64,000 nucleotides of DNA, taken from positions 1 to 64,000 of the forward strand of contig NIVC01002748.1 of assembly GCA_002269645.1 (NCBI GenBank). Reading direction: 5' to 3'. The number at the start of each line of letters is the position of its first letter. Position 1 is the stretch's first letter. The translations under genes were made by a program, and so were the position numbers. Below the pieces are notes generated by a model. That model searched no databases and was not told the DNA's origin. It saw only the letters and a list, made by a program, of their open reading frames with translations. Below are positions 30,701 to 49,754 of the stretch, one piece after another. Source of the stretch: Macrostomum lignano (lineage: Eukaryota).

Positions 30701-33492
30701 ATGCTGGCCCTATTCTCTGCTCTGCTGCTCATCCACTGCATCTCTGGTAAGTTGAGAAGTCTTCATTTGTCATAAAAATAGCTAAAAAAGAACGATTGTA
30801 GAACGGCAACGCTTAGAATACGCGCACTTGCGTGTTTCTGAACGAATTTCGCAAGGCTTTGCGTTTTGTGCGTTATGTGAATGTGGTTTGGCCATAGACA
30901 AGCTGAGTCGAGAAATCTATAAAATCCGTCTAGACAAAGACACACTACAGAGACGGGCTCAGCTAAAATCTCGTCACAACTTTGCTTGCTTATCAGTCTC
31001 AGGTAGCATTCGATGAAAAATAGCTTGATGAACTTTTATTGTCCATGGCACTTGGGGTGAACTGAAGAATGTGCAGAGTTACTTGGCTTGCTCAGTGACA
31101 CAAATTGTTCTGAGTGAGTCGAGAATCGAACCCCCGACTGCATAGAATAATACCGGTGCATGTGCGCAACTGTGATATACCAATCCTGAAGCAGAAAATT
31201 AAAACAAAAAATTACCCGAAATTCGCCACTTTGAATTTTGAAATTTTATTGAAAACTAAAATTTGCTTCAACTACCTTTAGGAATTTCTCTGTTTCTTAA
31301 GAAAGGCATCGACTTTTTGTTCCTAAGCAGCATTGGTGGGCCTTTCCGTCGTTTCCACGCTTAACGACTTCGAATTCGCATATTTAAACTACGCTCACTT
31401 TTCCGCAGCCTCGGCCGATTTCGAAGCTGTGCCGCAGACAACCTGCGCCTGCGTGGACTCCCGCTCTTCCATCACCGTCTCAAAGTCCGACTGCGTGTTG
31501 CAATGCCTGGCCAGTCCGACCTGCCGCTCGTTTCGATTCAACGACTCCACATCGGAGTGCGAGATGTCAACTAGCCGGGATGGCTGCTTCAACTACCTAC
31601 CGGAGAATTCCACCTTGTACCGAAAATTTGGTAAAATTGTTTACACTTGTACATTTATACTTTGAACTCGTGAATGGCTGAAGCAGCAGGACGTCGAAAT
31701 ACAACTCCAAATAAATAGGTTTCTGTAGTCTATGGCCCGGGTCCAAGTGGGGAATAAATAGGTTTCTGTAGTCTATGGCCCGAGTCCCAGTGGGGAATAA
31801 ATAGGTTTCTGTAGTCTATGGCCCGGGTCCCAGTGGGGAATAAATAGGTTTCTGTAGTCTATGGACGGGCCCGAATAAATAGGTTTCTGTAGTCTATGGC
31901 CGGGTCCAAGTGGGGAATAAATAGGTTTCTGTAGTCTATGGCCGGGTCCAAGTGGGGAATAAATAGGTTTCTGTAGTCTATGGCCGGGTCCAAGTGGGGA
32001 ATAAATAGGTTTCTGTAGTCTATGGCCGGGTCCAAGTGGGGAATAAATAGGTTTCTGTAGTCTATGGCCCGGGTCCCAGTGGGGAATAAATAGGTTTCTG
32101 TAGTCTATGGCCGGGCCCAAATGTTCCTTGGAAAAGTGCGCAAATTTCTCCGAAAAACACTAGCAGACGGCCAAATGAATTTAGTGCCACTCACTATTGA
32201 AGCGGGTCATCCGTGTGCTTTATTCTGTTTCCATCTATGATTTAAAAATCTATTTTCTCAGGATCCGAGCCCACGAATTCGACCAAGTGCTTGGTGCAGA
32301 AACGCTATAATAGCGCCGTGAGCTTCGAGCGAAGCTGGTCTGACTACGTCAATGGATTCGGCGACAAAACGAATTTCTGGCTAGGTGAGAGTTGTCACGA
32401 GGAATTGCTCTTCTCTTCTTATTGCCTCGAGATTTGAAATTGTCTGTATAGATTTTCAAAGTATTTGTAGTTACATCGCAAGCAATGTAAGAAGCTTCAT
32501 CACAGACCAATGAACCACATTTATTGCGTCCAACAGCATGCTTTAACTGCCTTAAATGGATAAATTTGGATGTTGGGTACCGGTTATCAGGTATCGGGTA
32601 TTGGGCATCGGGAATCGGGTACAGGGAATCGGGTACAGGGTATCCGGTACAGGGTATCGGATACAGGGTATCGGCCGGGTATCAAGTATCGAGTAAAAAG
32701 TATTGGGTATCGGGTTTTTGGTATCGGGTGTTGGGTATCGCCGGTATCGGGTTTTAGGTATCGGGTGTTGGGTATTGGGTATTGAGTATCGAATAAAGGG
32801 TATTGGGTATCGGGTTTTAGGTATCGGGTATCGAGTACAGTGTATCGGGTATCGGGTACAGAGTATTGGGTATCGGGTACCGCGTTTTAGGTATCGGGTA
32901 TCGGGTATCGGGTATCGAGTGCAGGGTATCGGGTATCGGGTATCGGGTATCGGGTATCGAGTGCAGGGTATCGGGTATCGGGTATCGGGTATCGGGTATC
33001 GGGTATCGGGTATCGGGTACTCAGTAGCAGCAATTCAGCATGGCCGATCGCCGCACCGCAGGGCTGGACAGACTCCATCTGCTGACAAGTGGAAATGTGA
33101 GCGTGACGATGTCCGTTCAGAGCGGTATTGACGGAAAATATTACAAATGCAAGTACCTCGACTTCACCGTGAAGGGCCCAACTGAAGGGTACGCCATGAA
33201 CTACTCCAAGTACCAAAAGGGCTCCGTCAATTTCGGAGACTCAATGCTGGCCAGCCGAGGTGCCGAGTTCGCCACCTTCGATTTTCCAGTGGGCTCGCCA
33301 GGCCAGGCCTGCTCGCAGGCTTACGGCAACAGCGGCTGGTGGTTCGGCACCGGAGACAACTGCAGCGAGGCCAATCCCAATGGCATTTTCGATCGTAATG
33401 GCGATATTGGCGACATCCAGTACATGGGCTGGTTCGGCGCCACGGGCCAGTGGGAGCCGCTGCAAATGTCCCAGATCTATCTACACTTTTAA
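30701..33492 (+). CDS. Secreted PAN/Apple-domain + fibrinogen C-terminal (FReD) protein, 4 exons, 273 aa
   Basis: Exons 30701-30746 (signal peptide MLALFSALLLIHCISA), 31409-31630 (DCVLQCLASPTCRSFRFNDSTSECEM, PAN/Apple), 32262-32384 (VQKRYNSAVSFERSWSDYVNGFG..NFWLG) and 33062-33492 (GLDRLHLLT..EFATFD..CSQAYGNSGWWF..CSEANPNG). All introns are phase-1 GT-AG; total 822 nt. Confidence 0.88.
30885..31035. mobile_element. Degenerate internal copy of the MITE family
   Basis: gtttggccatagacaa...aatccgtctagacaaagacactacagagac...caactttgcttgctt...gatgaaaaatagcttgat. Confidence 0.7.
31050..31140 (-). mobile_element. Truncated copy of SINE family A
   Basis: gaactgaagaatgtgcagagtta..cttgctcagtgacacaaat..gagaatcgaaccc matches ~9990-10070. 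Confidence 0.7.
31713..32120. repeat. 42-bp minisatellite, ~9 copies, FReD intron 2
   Basis: gaataaataggtttctgtagtctatggccgggtccaagtggg repeated. Confidence 0.94.
32565..33020. repeat. 7-bp G-rich repeat (GGGTATC)n, degenerate, FReD intron 3
   Basis: Direct inspection. Confidence 0.92.
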
Positions 33493-33824
33493 TTCACTTT
33501 TAGCTTAAAGCCATCGCGGCCGATTTCGGCAGAAGGATTGGAAAATCCGTTTCTAAGAAAATTAATCAAAAATTTGCATGTAAACTACTTCTGTTCAGTA
33601 GAAAGTTGAAGTGAAGAATTTTTTATGTATTTCACGAGCTGGGACAAAACTCGCCGTTAAGTATACATAATCTAGGATATTCGAAACTTCTTGTGAACTA
33701 TAAGATATTATATGACTTCTGTATTGCTAATAAGATAACCCTGAAAAATCTATGAATCTAAAAATCTAAAATATTTGGAGTTCCTATCTCGGTAAATGTT
33801 TTTTGGGCAAAGTCTACTGTCGCA

Positions 33825-34582
33825 ATGTGATTTGAGCACACTAAATGATACTCTATGTTATTTTGAGCACACTAAATGATACTCTCATGTTATTTTGAGC
33901 ACACTAAATGATACTCTCATGTTATTTTGAGCACACTAAATGATACTCTCATGTTATTTTGAGCACATTAAATGATACTCTATGTTATTTTGAGCACACT
34001 AAATGATACTTTCATGTTATTTTGAGCCCACTAAATGATACTCTCATGTTATTTTGAGCACACTAAATGATACTCTCATGTTATTTTGAGCACACTAAAT
34101 GATACTCTATGTTATTTTGAGCACACTAAATGATACTTTATGTTATTTTGAGCACACTAAATGATACTCTCATGTTATTTTGAGCACACTAAATGATACT
34201 TTCATGTTATTTTGAGCACACTAAATGATACTCTCATGTTATTTTGAGCACACTAAATGATACTCTCATGTTATTTTGAGCCCACTAAATGATACTCTCA
34301 TGTTATTTTGAGCACACTAAATGATACTCTCATGTTATTTTGAGCACACTAAATGATACTCTATGTTATTTTGAGCACACTAAATGATACTCTCATGTTA
34401 TTTTGAGCACACTAAATAATACTCTCATGTTATTTTGAGCACACTAAATGATACTCTTATGTTGCTATTTTGAGCACACTAAATGATACTCTCATGTTAT
34501 TTTGAGCACACTAAATGATACTCTCATGTTATTTTGAGCACACTAAATGATACTCTTATGTTGCTATTTTGAGCACACCAAA
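33825..34582. repeat. 31-32-bp AT-rich minisatellite (ttttgagcacactaaatgatactctcatgtta)
   Basis: About 23 copies. Confidence 0.95.
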
Positions 34583-34872
34583 TGGTTAATAAGATAATTA
34601 AAGGTGGGCAGTCAACCCGGGTCCAGAGATGAGGCAAGCAGCCATGGCCATTCCCCTGACCCCTGAGCATGCACAAGCATGACTCATAATCAGCGGCTTC
34701 TCATAATCAGTCAGCTCAGATACGTACACACTCAAAAAATTTAATTGCAAATTGCCTTCTGGACTTTGAAACCGAGTGCAAATAAGAGCTCCCGAATGGG
34801 TTTGTGTATGTATTTTTCACTTCAAGACGCAACTGAAATCCAATTCAAAAAGAGATGCAAAGTAAAACAAAA

Positions 34873-41494
<6,622 letters not shown>

Positions 41495-41739
41495 CTGACT
41501 AGCTGACTAGCTGACTAGATGCTTAGCGCCGCGCTCGAACGGAATGAAAACTCGAACTCAGCTTAGCGAACTGAGCTGCCGTAGCTCCGTTGGACCCCAG
41601 GGACCATAGACACAGAAGTTTCTAAAAATAGAGCTTTTGCAAGTAACTACTTCTCTGAAGTAGCAATCAGCGCACACCCCCTTCGAGAAGCCAACAAAGA
41701 ATGGAATAATTTTTTTGAATAAACTACATGTAGCTTCTG

Positions 41740-42795
41740 ACGTCAGCCTTGGCATCTCAGCAACTCTCTCATCAGCCTTGGCATCTCAGCAACTCTCTCA
41801 TCAGCCTTGGCATCTCAGCAACTCTCTCATCAGCCTTGGCATCTCAGCAACTCCCTCATCAGCCTTGGCATCTCAGCAACTCTCTCATCAGCCTTGGCAT
41901 CTCAGCAACTCTCTCATCAGCCTTGGCATCTCAGCAACTCTCTCATCAGCCTTGGCATCTCAGCAACTCTCTCATCAGCCTTGGCATCTCAGCAACTCCC
42001 TCATCAGCCTTGGCATCTCAGCAACTCTCTCATCAGCCTTGGCATCTCAGCAACTCTCTCATCAGCCTTGGCATCTCAGCAACTCTCTCATCAGCCTTGG
42101 CATCTCAGCAACTCTCTCATCAGCCTTGGCATCTCAGCAACTCCCTCTCATCAGCCTTGGCATCTCAGCAACTCTCTCTCATCAGCCTTGGCATCTCAGC
42201 AACTCCCTCTCATCAGCCTTGGCATCTCAGCAACTCTCTCTCATCAGCCTTGGCATCTCAGCAACTCCCTCATCAGCCTTGGCATCTCAGCAACTCTCTC
42301 ATCAGCCTTGGCATCTCAGCAACTCTCTCTCATCAGCCTTGGCATCTCAGCAACTCCCTCATCAGCCTTGGAATCTCAGCAACTCCCTCATCAGCCTTGG
42401 CATCTCAGCAACTCCCTCATCAGCCTTGGCATCTCAGCAACTCTCTCATCAGCCTTGGCATCTCAGCAACTCCCTCATCAGCCTTGGCATCTCAGCAACT
42501 CTCTCTCATCTGCCTTGGCATCTCAGCAACTCCCTCATCAGCCTTGGAATCTCAGCAACTCCCTCATCAGCCTTGGCATCTCAGCAACTCCCTCATCAGC
42601 CTTGGCATCTCAGCAACTCTCTCATCAGCCTTGGCATCTCAGCAACTCCCTCATCAGCCTTGGCATCTCAGCAACTCTCTCTCATCTGCCTTGGCATCTC
42701 AGCAATTCCCTCATCAGCCTTGGCATCTCAGCAATTCCCTCATCAGCCTTGGCATCTCAGCAATTCCCTCATAAGCCTTGGCATCTCAGCAACTC
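41740..42795. repeat. 29-bp minisatellite (tcagccttggcatctcagcaactctctca), ~36 copies
   Basis: Period 29 (41761 to 41790). Confidence 0.96.
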
Positions 42796-42809
42796 CCCCT
42801 GCAAGCAAT

Positions 42810-43065
42810 TCCGCCCATTCCGCTGACTCGTGAGCGCAAAGAAGCCCGCCAATACTGTACACATGGACTTGACACACACGCTCACACAGGGTGTACAGCG
42901 GCCCTGACTTCCTAATCATCCGGTATGTACACTCTCTGTGACTTTGGGGTTGATCCTCATGGGCGGTGAATCGCAAGACATCCCCCAGGGGCCAACTTTC
43001 GTGCACACACAGCCCCGAATGAGTGCTGCCGCTCACGGAATCGAACCAGGGGTCTTGGCGCGGTA
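42810..43065 (-). mobile_element. Second copy of SINE family B (head partly lost)
   Basis: cccattccgctgactc, cacacagggtgtacagcggccctgact, tgtacactctctgtgactttggggttg and ggaatcgaacc (B box, minus) parallel 36950-37175. Confidence 0.7.
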
Positions 43066-44539
43066 GTTTTCCGCTCTGCAATTTTTGGTTTCCGCAAATA
43101 AATAAGTGCGATTTACTCCTGAATACTACTAGTTGTAAGTAGCTCAAATGCATACAGTCCGATTCGTTCCTGCCCTGTCAATCAAGCTGCAGTATCATCA
43201 TCAAGTGCCAGATGACAGTGCCAGCTTCTGCAGCAACCACTCACCGATGCGGATGCGCCCTGCCGGAATTGGTAATCAGATCAGAGCGCACGCGAATAAA
43301 CAAACCTGCCGCCGACACATTGATAATTCCGCGCGCTGCACGCATCGAAAGTGCTGCTGACAGAAAGACAACGGAAAGGAATGCCCGGAATGCGGATGGA
43401 AGCAGCTTCTGCTTCTTTCTTCTTTGCTTGTTGCAGAAATTCTTTTGCGGAATTCCTTTACGCTCGCAGTTCGGGTCGAAGCGAGAGAGAACGAGTCCCA
43501 CCCCAAAGCTCTTTAGTGTCCTTTTTCTGTCCTCCCACATCCGCCACTCTGTATAGCCAGACAAATCGCCGTTACTGCGGAAAATATGTTTTTTCGCCTG
43601 TTTTTTTGCCCGCCACCAGCCCGCTCTCTACAGCCTGTTGACGGCTTCAATGATCGATGCCGCCCTCTCTGCCGGGAGAGGTCGCCAACATTGCAGATTG
43701 AAGTGATCTGGACTGTGCTGTCCTGCCGGCCCTCCTAAACAGAAACCAAGCACTCTAGCGTGCCTGGAATGCGGGGCGGGGGTTGGGGCGCATCGGGTTT
43801 GACCCTCGCTGACTTCGGCCTGAGGTCAGGACCTTGGCTGGCATGCCTTTTCGCCGAATTTTTTTTAGGCGAGAATTTGGCAATAGGGAAATGCAAGACG
43901 GAAATCCGAAAGAGGGGGAGGGAGAAGTGGCGCTTCACTGATGCCGAACACACGCGCACCTCGCCGGGATTCCTGGGGCCAGGCTGGCCTTGTTAATCCG
44001 GCCATCCCAATGGACACCTGATCGCGCGGCTACCTCAAGCAAAAACAACACTTTCAGCGGCTGAGGCGTTTAAATTGCCACCCATCGAGGCCCGCGAAGG
44101 AGTGGGCGGCGGAGGTGGGAGGTGGGAGGAGGTGGGCCTGGCCTGGATAGCTCGTACTCTCCGCTTGTTGCTTCCCTCTTGCTTGCTAATCTTGTGGATG
44201 TGCAGGATTTGTTTTTGACAAACTGGCTTATTTTGAGTGCTGCAGGAGCGACCCAGCGCTCGCTTGCTTTTAAAAAATTCAGCAGGTATTCGTTCGATGG
44301 AGTAAAGTTCCTTGTTAAGAACAAAATTTATTCCCCATTTCCGAAGCGAATATTCACTCAATTCCAGTGGGACTTGGCTGAAAAATATTATTGCCGTTCG
44401 GTCTGCCTCGGAGTCCCGCTTGATGAGCTGCAACTTGCTTCCGAAAATTCTACCCCACTGGGCGCTTCATCCTTCTTAACTGCTACTTGATTATTTCAGT
44501 AAATTCTAGGGATTTAGTTTGTACTTTCACTTAATAGTG

Positions 44540-45268
44540 TTACTGCAGCTAGCACCTGTGCCACTCCAGACAGCACCTGTGCCACTCCAGCTAGCACCTG
44601 TGCCACTCCAGCTAGCACCTGTGTCACTACAGCTAGCACCTGTGTCACTCCAGCTAGCACCTGTGTCACTCCAGCTAGCACCTGTGTCACTCCAGCTAGC
44701 CCCTGTGCCACTCCAGCTAGCCCCTGTGCCACTCCAGCTAGCACCTGTGCCACTCCAGCTAGCACCTGTGTCACTCCAGCTAGCCCCTGTGTCACTCCAG
44801 CTAGCCCCTGTGCCACTCCAGCTAGCCCCTGTGCCACTCCAGCTAGCACCTGTGTCACTCCAGCTAGCACCTGTGCCACTCCAGCTAGCACCTGTGTCAC
44901 TCCAGCTAGCCCCTGTGTCACTCCAGCTAGCACCTGTGTCACTCCAGCTAGCACCTGTGTCACTCCAGCTAGCACCTGTGTCACTCCAGACAGCACCTGT
45001 GCCACTCCAACCAGCACCTGTGCCACTCCAACCAGCACCTGTGCCACTCCAACCAGCACCTGTGCCACTCCAGACAGCACCTGTGTCACTCCAGCTAGCA
45101 CTTGTGCCACTCCAGCTAGCACCTGTGCCACTCCAACCAGCACCTGTGCCACTCCAACCAGCACCTGTGCCACTCCAACCAGCACCTGTGCCACTCCAGA
45201 CAGCACCTGTGCCACTCCAGACAGCACCTGTGCCACTCCAACCAGCACCTGTGCCACTCCAGCCAACA
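44540..45268. repeat. 21-bp minisatellite (ccagctagcacctgtgccact), ~34 copies
   Basis: Direct inspection. Confidence 0.96.
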
Positions 45269-45584
45269 ACTGCAACCTACATTTTTCCAATTTTTTTCCG
45301 CACAGACTTCAGGAATCCTTTCAAAATATTTCAAAATCGCTCCAATCATGAACAATTTAAGCACCTGTTGATTAGCAATTTGGGAAAAGTAATTAGCCAG
45401 CCCGGGATTAGAGCGGACTCAGATGCTTGAACACGAAGACACAAGAGCTCTATAGATAAATTAGCACGCAACAGCATTTCCAAGGCTTCACAGATTACCA
45501 AAAAAATTTCTTCAGCAAAAAGACGCAGAAAATGAGAAAGCAAATCAATGGAAGCCATCTCTAAGGTAATTAAGGGTGTCCCAG

Positions 45585-45592
45585 TATAAAAG
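45585..45592 (+). promoter_or_regulatory. TATA box of the small secreted-protein gene
   Basis: TATAAAAG, followed by a GTAAGT..TTTTCAG 5'UTR intron (45675-45753) and ATG 45763. Confidence 0.6.
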
Positions 45593-45762
45593 ATCGAACA
45601 GCCGGGCAATCATCGATGCCACACATTCCTCCTTCCGTTGCACAGACGAATTTCAAAACTCAAGCAATACTCGGGTAAGTAAAGGAAACGATATTAACTT
45701 TTATTCTGCTGTCTGTCAAGTTGCACAATAATTCTTGGATTTATGCTTTTCAGTAGTCGCCA

Positions 45763-46086
45763 ATGTCGAAGGCTTGCCAACTTCTCCTAGCGGTCAGCTG
45801 CTGCGTGGCCGCCTGCCTGCTGACGGACAGCCGGGCCGATGGCTTCATCGTGTCCTCGCCGAGCGGCAACAGCAACGGCGGGCATCGGTACCAGCGGCCG
45901 AGGAAGTCCTTCGAGCAGCCGGCGGCGGCGGCCGAGTGCAAAGCCGCCCGCTTCGGCCAACTGGTGGCCGAGTTCCGGACTGTCCGAGAGGCCTACCTGA
46001 GCCTGCTGGCCGAGTTGACTGCCTGCACGGAGGAGCTGCGGTACAAACTGGTGGCAGCCCCGCCAGGGAGCTCCAACATGGACTGA
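45763..46086 (+). CDS. Small secreted protein / putative neuropeptide-hormone precursor (107 aa)
   Basis: Signal peptide MSKACQLLLAVSCCVAACLLTDSRA, basic site RPRK, Cys pair around an amphipathic helix, GC-rich codons, 5'UTR intron, TATA box and AATAAA at 46153-46158. Confidence 0.8.
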   Translation: MSKACQLLLAVSCCVAACLLTDSRADGFIVSSPSGNSNGGHRYQRPRKSFEQPAAAAECKAARFGQLVAEFRTVREAYLSLLAELTACTEELRYKLVAAPPGSSNMD

Positions 46087-46479
46087 CTGGACAGTTGAGC
46101 TGACCTGATAGGGATGGCTCCCAGTTGGCGAAATTCAACACTGATCAGTTAAAATAAAGCTACTACTTATGACGCATACTACTACTCGTTGGCTTGTTTA
46201 TTTCGCTGGGATTATGTTATTGAGGCTGTGGGCTTGTTTTACCTGAAGGAAAGGATCTTCGCTGGATTCAGTGGCAATTTCAGAATCTTCATTGGTCTTT
46301 CATGATCTGCAGTTACCTGTGCCTGATGGTCTCTAGGGCATGGCTACCTCATGCTCTTCATCCGGTGCCTCATGACCATTAGTGGTCCTTCATTTATCAT
46401 CACTGGTTATTCTTGATATTTCGTGGTCCCTTGTAGTATGGTATTCATGATTCGTTTATTATCCAGAGTGGTAGATCAT

Positions 46480-48372
46480 GATCCTCAGTGGTCTGTCATG
46501 ATCCTCAGTGGTCTGTCATGATCCTCAGTGGTCTGTCATGATCCTCAGTGGTCTGCCATGATCCTCAGTGGTCTGCCATGATCCTCAGTGGTCTGTCATG
46601 ATCCTCAGTGGTCTGCCATGATCCTCAGTGGTCTGTCATGATCCTCAGTGGTCTGTCATGATCCTCAGTGGTCTGTCATGATCCTTAGTGGTGTGTCATG
46701 ATCCTCAGTGGTCTGTCATGATCCTCAGTGGTCTGTCATGATCCTCAGTGGTCTGTCATGATCCTCAGTGGTCTGTCATGATCCTCAGTGGTCTGTCATG
46801 ATCCTTAGTGGTCTGTCATGATCCTTAGTGGTCTGTCATGATCATCAGTGGTCTGTCATGATCCTCAGTGGTCTGTCATGATCCTCAGTGGTCTGTCATG
46901 ATCCTCAGTGGTCTGTCATGATCCTCAGTGGTCTGTCATGATCCTCAGTGGTGTGTCATGATCCTCAGTGGTCTGTCATGATCCTCAGTGGTCTGTCATG
47001 ATCCTCAGTGGTGTGTCATGATCCTCAGTGGTCTGTCATGATCCTCAGTGGTCTGTCATGATCCTCAGTGGTCTGTCATGATCCTCAGTGGTCTGTCATG
47101 ATCCTCAGTGGTCTGTCATGATCCTCAGTGGTCTGTCATGATCCTCAGTGGTCTGTCATGATCCTCAGTGGTGTGTCATGATCCTCAGTGGTCTGTCATG
47201 ATCCTCAGTGGTCTGTCATGATCCTCAGTGGTCTGTCATGATCCTCAGTGGTCTGCCATGATCCTCAGTGGTCTGTCATGATCCTCAGTGGTCTGTCATG
47301 ATCCTCAGTGGTCTGTCATGATCCTCAGTGGTCTGTCATGATCCTCAGTGGTCTGTCATGATCCTCAGTGGTCTGTCATGATCCTCAGTGGTCTGTCATG
47401 ATCCTCAGTGGTCTGTCATGATCCTCAGTGGTCTGTCATGATCCTCAGTGGTCTGTCATGATCCTCAGTGGTCTGCCATGATCCTCAGTGGTCTGTCATG
47501 ATCCTCAGTGGTCTGTCATGATCCTCAGTGGTCTGTCATGATCCTTAGTGGTGTGTCATGATCCTCAGTGGTCTGTCATGATCCTCAGTGGTCTGTCATG
47601 ATCCTCAGTGGTCTGTCATGATCCTCAGTGGTCTGTCATGATCCTCAGTGGTCTGTCATGATCCTTAGTGGTCTGTCATGATCCTTAGTGGTCTGTCATG
47701 ATCATCAGTGGTCTGTCATGATCCTCAGTGGTCTGTCATGATCCTCAGTGGTCTGTCATGATCCTCAGTGGTCTGTCATGATCCTCAGTGGTCTGTCATG
47801 ATCCTCAGTGGTGTGTCATGATCCTCAGTGGTCTGTCATGATCCTCAGTGGTCTGTCATGATCCTCAGTGGTGTGTCATGATCCTCAGTGGTCTGTCATG
47901 ATCCTCAGTGGTCTGTCATGATCCTCAGTGGTCTGTCATGATCCTCAGTGGTCTGTCATGATCCTCAGTGGTGTGTCATGATCCTCAGTGGTCTGTCATG
48001 ATCCTCAGTGGTCTGTCATGATCCTCAGTGGTGTGTCATGATCCTCAGTGGTCTGTCATGATCCTCAGTGGTCTGTCATGATCCTCAGTGGTGTGTCATG
48101 ATCCTCAGTGGTCTGTCATGATCCTCAGTGGTCTGTCATGATCCTCAGTGGTCTGTCATGATCCTCAGTGGTCTGTCATGATCCTCAGTGGTCTGTCATG
48201 ATCCTCAGTGGTCTGTCATGATCCTCAGTGGTCTGTCATGATCCTCAGTGGTCTGTCATGATCCTCAGTGGTCTGTCATGATCCTCAGTGGTCTGTCATG
48301 ATCCTCAGTGGTCTGTCATGATCCTCAGTGGTCTGTCATGATCCTCAGTGGTCTGTCATGATCCTCAGTGGT
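46480..48372. repeat. 20-bp minisatellite (atcctcagtggtctgtcatg), ~94 copies, highly homogeneous
   Basis: Direct inspection. Confidence 0.98.
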
Positions 48373-48949
48373 CGCTCATGCTCTTCAGTGATCCTCTAAA
48401 ATCTCCGATGGCTCCAGGCTTCCGTCAAAACCCTGAGGATCCAAAAGTAGGTCGCAGCCTACTACAAGTACTTAATCTTCACCTATCGTGTAGGATCCTT
48501 ATCTGGCTGCCGCAGGGCAATTGTTTCCGAGGGGGGGAGAAATCCCATGTGTCTTTGGCTGGGTTGATTGCTGTCATAGCCAATTCCACCAATTTGACTT
48601 CGACTTTGGTCGAATATTGGATCCGAATGCCCAACCCCATCCCCCGCCCCTGCAGATGTTGCGCATCGCAGGGCAGCATCGTGGGGAATTTCAGCTATGC
48701 AAAAGTGCACACAGCTCTGGGTTGTCTTCGCTAGTCTAGGGGCCAGCCGACCAGATTCTGCAAAATTTGCATTCTAGGAAAACTACATTTCTATCCCGAA
48801 CTGCTGGTTGACAGTGAAAACTGCAAATGCAGAATTCTACATCACTATATATAGAATGGCGACATCATAATTGCCTAGTTACTTCTGGGAGCCTTCGAGT
48901 CTTATAATCTAATCAAATAAGGCTTCTTTATGGGACCTTATCACATTCT

Positions 48950-49240
48950 GAAATTCCCTATCACATTCTGGGATTCCCTATGACATTCTAGGATTTCCTA
49001 TGACATTCTGGGATTCCCTATCACATTCTGGGATTCCCTATCACATTCTGGGATTTCCTATGACATTCTAGGATTTCCCATCACATTCTGAGATTCCCCA
49101 TCACATTCTGAGATTCCCCATCACATTCTGAGATTCCCCATCACATTCTGAGATTCCCCATCACATTCTGAGATTCCCCATCACATTCTGAGATTCCCCA
49201 TCACATTCTGAGATTCCCCATCACATTCTGAGATTCCCCT
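48950..49240. repeat. 20-bp tandem repeat (tcacattctgagattcccca)
   Basis: About 14 copies with a polarity gradient of variants. Confidence 0.93.
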
Positions 49241-49754
49241 TTACCCTCAAGAATTCCCTCTTTACCTTCCAGGACAACCTGTTTCATAGTTTGCTTACTT
49301 TGTCAGCAGCTATACAATTTAAGAGGGCAGCACTAAGTAGGATCCAGCAAATCTAAATATACTAGATCTCTAACCAATTACTAAATGTAAGCGCTATCCT
49401 TGATTGAAATCAGCGCTAAGAAGGTTAAAAAAGAGTTTAGCAAAATTTGACTAAAATCAAAAGCGTAAGATAAGGCGATCTGGATAATACAGTGCGCGAT
49501 AATTCATTCTTGAGTAGTTAATCCTTGCTAAGTGCTATACGTGCCGCCAGAGCTGGTTGGTCAATATATACGAGTAGTTAGTGAGTGGGCGAGGCAGCCT
49601 TCTGCTCTCAAAGCAATCGTTGATATTGTTTCTTTCAGCAATAATTTTCTGAGCCTTGAAAAGAGAAAATACTAATATAGAGTAAAGAGTTAACGTTTTG
49701 GTAACATCCGATAAACATTCGCTCTAAGGTGTCTTAAATTTGGTCAACTTGAAC

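Noticed and set aside
44035-44433. 132-aa minus-strand ORF
   Set aside because: No ATG, AT-rich codons unlike the genes here, and no recognisable motif; unsupported without homology data.
44514-45430. AQVLAGV / LQLAPVP heptad ORFs resembling coiled-coil or antifreeze proteins (also 49740-50978 and 62881-63309)
   Set aside because: Minisatellite translations open in several frames, with no gene structure.
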